Shown here: one piece after another, positions 52,594 through 58,962 of the stretch
Layout: the number at the start of each line of letters is the position of its first letter
How positions within the stretch are numbered: the stretch's first letter is position 1
From: Alphaproteobacteria bacterium
GTDB taxonomy: Bacteria; Pseudomonadota; Alphaproteobacteria; Rs-D84; CACZYB01
Length of the DNA: 58,962 bases
Direction of reading: 5' to 3'
Assembly: GCA_009785175.1 (NCBI GenBank)
Contig: WQWV01000001.1
Span: 1 to 58,962 of the forward strand
Notes under the pieces: generated by a model
Told to the model about the DNA's origin: nothing
Seen by the model: only the letters and a program-made list of their open reading frames with translations
The model's database searches: none
Translations under genes and position numbers: made by a program

Positions 52594-52720
52594 AATTCGA
52601 TCCTTTCGTTTGTAGTCCGCAACTGCTTATAAATCCATATTTTTCATAAATTCTAGCTTCGAACTCGACCGGAGTCAAGGCTGCCTTGCCTTCGGTGGCA
52701 TTTTTCCAAGATGTATCTTG

Positions 52721-52808
52721 TGGCGGAAGGGGGGGGATTCGAACCCCCGGTAGGTTGCCCTACGCACGCTTTCCAAGCGTGTGCATTCGACCACTCTGCC
52801 ACCCTTCC
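52721..52808 (-). tRNA. tRNA-Ser (anticodon GGA)
   Basis: 88 nt: acceptor GGAAGGG/CCCTTCC, anticodon loop TT-GGA-AA, a long variable arm, T-loop TTCGAAT and an encoded CCA. Confidence 0.9.
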
Positions 52809-52911
52809 GCGGCAATAAAAAGTCCGTCATTATCGGCGGACAGCCCGTCCTCCGCCAAGGCTTCGGAGGACACTCAATTTTCCGGCCCCGTTTCATTTCG
52901 GGGAAAATTGG

Positions 52912-52985
52912 TGGTGCCTCCAGACAGAATCGAACTATCACCTAAGGTTTACAAAACCCTTGCACGACCCTCATGCTATGGAGGC
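52912..52985 (-). tRNA. tRNA-Thr (anticodon TGT)
   Basis: 74 nt: acceptor GCCTCCA/TGGAGGC, anticodon loop TT-TGT-AA, T-loop TTCGATT and an encoded CCA. Confidence 0.8.
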
Positions 52986-53084
52986 ATGACGCGAAGTTTA
53001 CCAAACCCCGCACAAAATGCAAGCTAGTTTTGCTATATTTTTACATTCGTGCTATAATCGGTCGGTATTTGAAAAGGATAAAAT

Positions 53085-53831
53085 ATGAGAAAAGATTACC
53101 TTGACATAGCCAAGGAATTGCTTGCCGAACGATTTCCGAATGCAAAGTGCGCCTTTGTCGCCGGCTCGATTACGCGGGGCGAGGGAACGGCGACTTCGGA
53201 CATCGACCTTGTCGTCGTTCACGATGTAGACATCTTGCCAAGGGCGTATCGCGATAGCATTATTTATCAGGACTGGCCGGTGGAAATGTTCGTGCAAAAT
53301 ACTAATTCGCTTGCCTATTTTTGTAAAAAAGACGCGGATTCCGGCGCTCCGATGCTTGTAAATATGATAGCGGAAGGTCATATAATTCCCGAAGGCGACC
53401 AATATGCGACATCGCTGCAAAACGAAGCGCGCAAGGCCATAGGGGCTGGACCGGCCGCGCTTGATGAAGAGAAAATTAAACAACGCCGCTATATGATAAC
53501 GGATATGCTTGACGATATTGGCGATTATAGGAATATGGCGGAGCTTTACGGCATGCTGGGCTGGCTTTATCAGGAGCTTGCGGATTTTTACCTTAGGGCA
53601 AATCGCAAATGGTCGGGCAAGGGAAAATCGATTGCGCGCGCTATGAAAAAATACTATCCCGAAATTTTGCCGGAATACGAGGCTGCTTTCAAAGAAGGCT
53701 CTAGCGGTAATGTAAAACCTGTCCTCGAACTGGCGGATAAATTACTTGCCCCGTTCGGCGGAAGGTATTGGGCTGGCTTGCGTTCATACGCGCCCGACGA
53801 AGCAAACCTTGGTAAGCCCTCCGAAAACTAA
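53085..53831 (+). CDS. nucleotidyltransferase-domain protein (ANT/KNTase-like fold)
   Basis: GSITRGEGTATSDIDLVVV (the G-S...D-x-D NTase motif) plus a helical C-terminal domain. Confidence 0.6.
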   Translation: MRKDYLDIAKELLAERFPNAKCAFVAGSITRGEGTATSDIDLVVVHDVDILPRAYRDSIIYQDWPVEMFVQNTNSLAYFCKKDADSGAPMLVNMIAEGHIIPEGDQYATSLQNEARKAIGAGPAALDEEKIKQRRYMITDMLDDIGDYRNMAELYGMLGWLYQELADFYLRANRKWSGKGKSIARAMKKYYPEILPEYEAAFKEGSSGNVKPVLELADKLLAPFGGRYWAGLRSYAPDEANLGKPSEN

Positions 53832-53868
53832 GCCTCGTCGGTTTCGGGCGGATATGCTACTTCTGCGC

Positions 53869-54696
53869 TTATCGCGCCTTTATAAATCTATCGGCGTCAA
53901 GCTGATACATCTTGAGCATATAGTTGACCCGCTGCTGCTCCATGATATTCAAAGCGTTCTTGCCATGGTTGGGCATGGCCTCCTCGATTTCACGAACAAT
54001 GCGCTCGATAGCCTCAAGCGGATTTTCGGCCTTGGTGATCGCGCGTCCTATGACCATATAGGTGGTGCCGTCGATTATTGCTTGCGCAGGCGTCATCTTG
54101 CGCTTCTGGTCTTTGTTATCCGCCGCCCATTCCGGAACGATTCCAGGAGTTATAAGCGCGGCTTCGGGCCACATATAGCGCAAATCGCGCAATTCCTTGG
54201 GCGAACAGACAAGTCCGTCAAGCCCGGCAAGCCTTGCAAGGTTGCCCATGCGAACCACTCGTGCGCCCGCGGAATCCATATTGCCCATGACGTTCATGTC
54301 CCTGTCGTTAAGCGAGGTAAGGACGGTAACGCCGACGACCTTTGGCGGATTGTCGGGATTGCCCGCTTTCGCGCCACTTACGGCAGCTTCCATCATCTCG
54401 AATCCGCCTTCGGCATGAAGGTTGAAAAGGTCGACGCCAAGCTTGGCCGCAGCCTTTGCCGCGCCCCCGACAGTATTCGGAATATCGTGATATTTCAAAT
54501 CCAAAAAGACATAGCCGCCCGCGTCCTGTATCCGTTTGACTATATCGGGCCCCGCGATGGTGAAAAGCTCTTTGCCCACTTTCCATTTAAGGCCGGAACC
54601 GCTACAGGCATTTACAAGCGCCATAGCCTTTTCAGGGTCGGAATAATCAAGCGCTACGATAATTCTTGAATTCGGGTTGTCGCTTACGTTTTTCAT
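53869..54696 (-). CDS. pyrF: orotidine 5'-phosphate decarboxylase
   Basis: IVALDY, KVGKELF and DLKYHDIPNT motifs. It has a ~40-aa C-terminal tail beyond the usual domain. Confidence 0.88.
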   Translation of the reverse strand: MKNVSDNPNSRIIVALDYSDPEKAMALVNACSGSGLKWKVGKELFTIAGPDIVKRIQDAGGYVFLDLKYHDIPNTVGGAAKAAAKLGVDLFNLHAEGGFEMMEAAVSGAKAGNPDNPPKVVGVTVLTSLNDRDMNVMGNMDSAGARVVRMGNLARLAGLDGLVCSPKELRDLRYMWPEAALITPGIVPEWAADNKDQKRKMTPAQAIIDGTTYMVIGRAITKAENPLEAIERIVREIEEAMPNHGKNALNIMEQQRVNYMLKMYQLDADRFIKAR

Positions 54697-54820
54697 GGCT
54701 GGCTCCTTTTGTGATACTTTTTACACGATAACTAGACTACCCCTCCCCATAGACAAAAGTCAAGCTATTTTGACAACTACTTGGTTTGCTTTCGCCTCGG
54801 ATTTATGATACAATTCCCAA

Positions 54821-55357
54821 ATGGACAAGAAGACTTTCAAGAATACGTTATATAAGGTCGCGAAGATGCTCGACGCCGCGAAAATCGATTATATGCTTTC
54901 GGGTTCCGGCGCCGGCCAGTTCTATGGCTTAACGCGCAATCCCAACGACCTCGATATCTATTTCCGCAAAAAGGATCTGGCCAAGGTCGAGCGCGTGTTC
55001 AAACCGTATGTTAAACGCAAACTGCGTTGGTATAAGGACAAGTTCTTCAACGAGTATATCATGTTCTGTGTCATGGATGGGATCGAGATGGACATCTGTA
55101 TGGCCGACGAAGGCTTTTACAATTCCTATATCACCGCGAAAAAGGAATCTACGGTCAAGTATTATTACAAGCCTGTGCCGATAAAGCTACGCGATATCGA
55201 AGTTCGCGTGCAATCGCTCGAGGCGCTGATTCGCTATAAGGATTCGAACCGCGTTGAATTCGCCGTGCATCAAGGAGCGGATGTTCAGGAGCTCCGCCGC
55301 GCCGCCGCCAAGAAAATCCTAAAGGAAATAGACAAGCTGTTCAAGACGCTGTTTTAG
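54821..55357 (+). CDS. small nucleotidyltransferase-fold protein (Lnu/MJ0435-like pattern)
   Basis: 178 aa. IDYMLSGSGAGQFYGLTRNPNDLDIYF resembles the G-[SG]...D-x-D minimal NTase motif. Confidence 0.4.
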   Translation: MDKKTFKNTLYKVAKMLDAAKIDYMLSGSGAGQFYGLTRNPNDLDIYFRKKDLAKVERVFKPYVKRKLRWYKDKFFNEYIMFCVMDGIEMDICMADEGFYNSYITAKKESTVKYYYKPVPIKLRDIEVRVQSLEALIRYKDSNRVEFAVHQGADVQELRRAAAKKILKEIDKLFKTLF

Positions 55358-55414
55358 TTAATAGCGTATACAGTATCAGCGCTCCGTAGCGGCCGTATGG
55401 CCTGTATCAAGTTC

Positions 55415-56086
55415 CTACTTCTTGTTAAACCCATAAAACCTATGAATGATACCAGCCGCAAGACCTGCAACGGTAGGTATCACAAGGAAGACCCAAAGCT
55501 GCGCCAGCGCGTGGCCTCCGACCAAAACCGCCGGACCGAAACTGCGCGCAGGGTTTAATGAACCGCCGGTTATATTCATTCCGACCATCAAAAGCGCGGC
55601 CAATACTAACCCTATGGCAAGGCCGGCGTGGTGGGATTTCGCCTCGGTCAGCTCAAGGATTAGGCGGACAAATATGAACGTGGCGAAAAGCTCGAAGATT
55701 ATTGCCGAGGATTTCGAATACTCCCCTGCATACCCCATTCCCCAACCGTTCTGACCAAGACCGTGCGCAACCGTCCATCCCGGCTCTCCGCTTGCGATAT
55801 AGCATACAAGTAGCGCGGCGATCGTCGCTCCGGCGAATTGCACGACAGCATACTTGGCGAACGTCGCTGTCGAGATACGACCGGCGCTCCACATCGCAGC
55901 CGATACTGCCGGATTGAAATTGGCGCCCGACACGTCGCCGAATGTATATATAAGCGCGACTAATGTAAGGCCGAAGACAAGCGCCACGCCAAGGTTTCCT
56001 ATTTGCGATCCGGCCAACACCGCGGCGCCTACGCCCGCGAATACAAGCACGAATGTTCCGACAAATTCAGCAAGATATTTTTTCAT
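55415..56086 (-). CDS. aqpZ: aquaporin Z / MIP family channel
   Basis: 223 aa with two NPA boxes (NFNPAVS, LNPARS) and six TM helices. Confidence 0.88.
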   Translation of the reverse strand: MKKYLAEFVGTFVLVFAGVGAAVLAGSQIGNLGVALVFGLTLVALIYTFGDVSGANFNPAVSAAMWSAGRISTATFAKYAVVQFAGATIAALLVCYIASGEPGWTVAHGLGQNGWGMGYAGEYSKSSAIIFELFATFIFVRLILELTEAKSHHAGLAIGLVLAALLMVGMNITGGSLNPARSFGPAVLVGGHALAQLWVFLVIPTVAGLAAGIIHRFYGFNKK

Positions 56087-56158
56087 TATTTCCTCCTTTT
56101 GATAGGAGGATTCTGCAACGTTTCGACCGCTATGGCAATAAGGGGATATTCCTCCCTC

Positions 56159-56183
56159 GTCATTCCGGCCCCGAGCCGGGAAC
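56159..56183. repeat. GTCATTCCGG-N-CCGGGAAC hairpin motif (REP-like)
   Basis: gtcattccggccccgagccgggaac lies in the purK-aqpZ intergenic region. It is the same motif as at 14261 and 43551. Confidence 0.55.
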
Positions 56184-56264
56184 GAAGTGAACGCGTAGCG
56201 GACAATCTAGTCGGGGATACAGAAGCTCCCCAGCGCGATTACATCGCTTTCGCCGGGCGAGTTC

Positions 56265-57461
56265 TTATTTTATCCGTGCGCGGACGTTGGTCGCGGCAAG
56301 TGCGGCCATAACCTTGGCCTTATTGCCATAGTAATTCACATGGCCAAGTTTGCGTCCGGGCTTTATGTCTTTTTTATAATCGTAAAGCACGCCGCCGCAC
56401 TTGGTCAAGACGTCCGTGTTTTCCCAACCGTCGCGCGCGCCGCTTCGTCCGCCGCGTTCGACTATGTTCCACATTCCCGCACATTCTTCGACAAGATAGG
56501 GTTGCACCAACGGTAGGCCGACCATAGCGCGTATATGGTTTTCGAACTGGCTTGCGCCGAAGCCCTCGAAACTTACCGCTCCGTCAAGGCTCCAGTGGCC
56601 CGAGTTGTGGACGCGTGGCGCGATCTCGTTCATGAAGATTTCGCCGGTTTTTTCGTTTACCAAAAACTCGAAACATATCGTGCCGACGTAATCTGGGAAG
56701 CAGCGGGCAAGCGTGTTTGCAGCCATAATCTTTGCAGCATTGTCGATGACCGGAGTATCGGACGCTGCGTGCACGATGGTTGTGTGCAGTATGCTGTCCT
56801 TGTGCACGTTTTGGGCAATCGGATACATTACCGTCTGACCGTCTTGACCACGCGTCATAATGACCGAAATTTCCTTGAGGTTTTCGACAAGCTTTTCGGC
56901 GATAACGTCGACCTTGCCGTTCTTGTTAAGCTGCGCAAAACCTTCGCGCACGTCGTCAAGCGTGTTGCACATGCGGTTGGTCTTGCCGTCATAACCGCCG
57001 GTGCAACCCTTCATAAGGAACAGCTTTTCGCCGTTGCGTTTCCAATATGCGACGGCTTCGGCCTCTGTTTTTACATATTCGAACGGAGATACGGGAATAC
57101 CGTGTTCAAGCATTTTTTGCTTTTGCCGACCCTTGTGCTGAATCGTCCAAAGTATTTCTGGGTTCGGGAAAACCTTTACGCCCATTTCGACAAGTCGCTT
57201 AAGGTGTTCGACGTTCACATGCTCGAACTCAAGCCCTATTACTTTGCATAGCTTGGCCATCTTTGCATAGCCGTTCCAATCGTCAAAACCGTATTTAAGA
57301 TAATAGTTCGCCGCATCGCTACAGGTGCAAGTGTCGGAAGGGTCGAGAATAACGGATTTATAATCGAACTTTTCTATGAACGGCAACATCATGCCGGCAA
57401 GCTGCCCACCGCCGGGAAATCCAATTTTGCTACCTTTTTTAAGGGGTTTGATAGTTTTCAT
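56265..57461 (-). CDS. purK: ATP-grasp enzyme, N5-carboxyaminoimidazole ribonucleotide synthase (PurK)-like
   Basis: 398 aa with an N-terminal GGGQLAGMM, an ATP-grasp core and a C-terminal GRKLGHVNYYG like PurK. Confidence 0.55.
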   Translation of the reverse strand: MKTIKPLKKGSKIGFPGGGQLAGMMLPFIEKFDYKSVILDPSDTCTCSDAANYYLKYGFDDWNGYAKMAKLCKVIGLEFEHVNVEHLKRLVEMGVKVFPNPEILWTIQHKGRQKQKMLEHGIPVSPFEYVKTEAEAVAYWKRNGEKLFLMKGCTGGYDGKTNRMCNTLDDVREGFAQLNKNGKVDVIAEKLVENLKEISVIMTRGQDGQTVMYPIAQNVHKDSILHTTIVHAASDTPVIDNAAKIMAANTLARCFPDYVGTICFEFLVNEKTGEIFMNEIAPRVHNSGHWSLDGAVSFEGFGASQFENHIRAMVGLPLVQPYLVEECAGMWNIVERGGRSGARDGWENTDVLTKCGGVLYDYKKDIKPGRKLGHVNYYGNKAKVMAALAATNVRARIK

Positions 57462-57520
57462 AATAAACCTTTTGTTATGGACAAAATAATAACGCAGGCC
57501 AACGAAATGTCAACATTTTA

Positions 57521-58962
57521 TTACTGCTTCAATACGGTCTTCAAATACTGCCCCGTATACGACGCCTTGACCTTAGAAACTGCCTCCGGCGTGCCGGTCG
57601 CGATCACGGTTCCTCCGCCCGCGCCCCCCTCGGGCCCAAGGTCGATCACATAATCCGCAACCTTTATAACATCAAGGTTATGCTCGATAATTACAACCGT
57701 ATTCCCAAGACCGACAAGATTTTGCAAAATGTTCAACAGATTTTGTATGTCCGCGAAGTGCAGACCTGTCGTCGGCTCGTCCAATAAATACAACGTATTT
57801 CCGGTTTGCAATTTCGACAACTCGCGCGAAAGTTTTATGCGCTGCGCCTCGCCCCCGGACAAAGTGGTCGCCGGCTGGCCGAGTTTTATATAGCCAAGAC
57901 CCACCTGCTGCAACGTTTCGATTTTCTTCCTGATCGAGGGAACGTTCGTGAAGAACTCCAACGCCTCTTCGACGCTCATGTTCAAAACGTCCGCTATGTT
58001 TTTTCCTTTGTTGCGGACTTCCAAAGTTTCGCGGTTATAGCGGCTGGCCTTGCACTCGTCGCATTCTACGAACACGTCGGCCATGAAGTTCATGTTGATA
58101 CGAATCATGCCCTCGCCCTCGCACGCTTCGCACCGCCCGCCCTTGGTGTTGAAGCTGAATCGGCCGGGACCATACCCGCGGATTTTTGAATCCGGCAATT
58201 TTGAAAACCAATCGCGGATCAGGTCGAAAACGCCGGTATAGGTAGCGGGATTTGATCGCGGCGTTCGGCCGATCGGCGCCTGGTCTATGTGGATAACTTT
58301 ATCGAAGTTGTCGAAACCGCTAAACGATTTCAATTTTCCGGCGGACAGTCCGGAACCGTTGATAGCTCGCATCGCCAACGGATAAAGCGTATCCAGAATC
58401 AAAGATGATTTTCCCGAACCGCTTACACCTGTGATACAGGTCAGAGTATTGACCGGAATGTCCACATTTATATTCTTCAAATTATGATGCGCGCAACCTT
58501 TCAAAGAGATAAATTCCCCGGAACCAGCGCGGCGACGTTTCGGCACTTCTATTTTCCGCGCGCCGGTCAAATAGGCCGCGGTCAAGGAGTCCTTGGACTT
58601 TTTCACATCGTTCGGCGTGCCGTGTGCGACAAGATATCCGCCCGCCATTCCCGCGCCCGGCCCCATGTCGATCAAGTAATCCGCAGTTTGCATGATCTCC
58701 TCGTCATGCTCGACGACGATGACCGAGTTGCCCTTGTCGCGCAGTTTTTTCAATGTGCCGATAAGGCGCGTGTTGTCCCGCTGATGCAAACCGATTGATG
58801 GCTCGTCAAGCACATATAATACACCGGTAAGGCCAGTGCCTATTTGCGACGCCAAACGTATACGTTGAGATTCTCCGCCCGACAACGTTCCGCTTGCGCG
58901 CGAGAGGCTTAAATAGTTCAATCCTACGTCTAGAAGAAAACTCAGCCTGTCGGTGATTTCGC
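57521..58962 (-). CDS. uvrA: excinuclease ABC subunit A, N-terminal part outside window
   Basis: The frame is open to the window edge. It has two ABC signatures ([16 protein letters not shown]), the zinc module CEACEGEG...CDEC and a C-terminal YTGQYLK. Confidence 0.93.
   Translation of the reverse strand, partial: EITDRLSFLLDVGLNYLSLSRASGTLSGGESQRIRLASQIGTGLTGVLYVLDEPSIGLHQRDNTRLIGTLKKLRDKGNSVIVVEHDEEIMQTADYLIDMGPGAGMAGGYLVAHGTPNDVKKSKDSLTAAYLTGARKIEVPKRRRAGSGEFISLKGCAHHNLKNINVDIPVNTLTCITGVSGSGKSSLILDTLYPLAMRAINGSGLSAGKLKSFSGFDNFDKVIHIDQAPIGRTPRSNPATYTGVFDLIRDWFSKLPDSKIRGYGPGRFSFNTKGGRCEACEGEGMIRINMNFMADVFVECDECKASRYNRETLEVRNKGKNIADVLNMSVEEALEFFTNVPSIRKKIETLQQVGLGYIKLGQPATTLSGGEAQRIKLSRELSKLQTGNTLYLLDEPTTGLHFADIQNLLNILQNLVGLGNTVVIIEHNLDVIKVADYVIDLGPEGGAGGGTVIATGTPEAVSKVKASYTGQYLKTVLKQ

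Noticed and set aside
52728-52735. G8 run as a fifth phase-variation tract
   Set aside because: It forms the T-stem/acceptor junction of tRNA-Ser (CCCCC+CCC on the tRNA strand), so it is structural and not a contingency repeat.
53746-54669. 307-aa plus-strand ORF
   Set aside because: It is antisense to pyrF, Arg-rich, and has no motifs. This is a shadow ORF.

Overview
This is a 58.9-kb chromosomal segment of a Gram-negative bacterium. Gene content looks alphaproteobacterial (olsB/olsA-like pair, sigma32-type CTTGAAA-N15-CCTATAT boxes before dnaJ and dnaK, rpsF-rpsR-rplI without ssb/priB), but the taxon cannot be fixed from this sequence alone. There are about 60 protein genes, mostly housekeeping (lpxC, dnaJ, dnaK, leuS, efp, rlpA, bioBD, lolCE/lolD, mgtA, idi, nagB, ridA, ald, pyrF, purK, uvrA and an RND efflux pair), plus three tRNAs (Lys-CUU, Ser-GGA, Thr-UGU). 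Six things stand out. (1) At 26.06-27.71 kb, a tightly coupled three-gene cassette encodes a minimal MotA/ExbB-like 3-TM protein, a MotB/OmpA-like peptidoglycan-binding protein and a Cys/His-cluster protein of no recognisable family. It is a candidate stator-based, Zorya-like module of unrecognised type. (2) Directly downstream, an operon runs from a double-HTH repressor-like gene through two paralogous unknown proteins and a secretin-like lipoprotein into lolCE-lolD by start/stop overlaps. (3) Four G/C homopolymer tracts of 9-12 nt suggest phase variation. Two sit exactly in the spacers of near-consensus promoters that abut start codons, one frameshifts a GT61-type glycosyltransferase next to efp, and one is in frame in a radical SAM gene. 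Homopolymer sequencing error is the alternative explanation. (4) There is a four-copy family of ~123-nt nested-palindrome intergenic elements whose terminal arms differ between copies but stay complementary. (5) An AT-rich islet at the 3' side of tRNA-Ser carries a DUF262/DUF1524 (GmrSD-like) gene and a small P-loop gene. (6) Smaller oddities include a RuvX-Nudix fusion ORF, a small TM peptide overlapping the mgtA start, a 34-codon gene with its own promoter and terminator, and a 24-nt tandem array built on a dispersed GTCAT(T/A)CCGG hairpin motif. All domain assignments come from reading the translations by eye; no database search was run.
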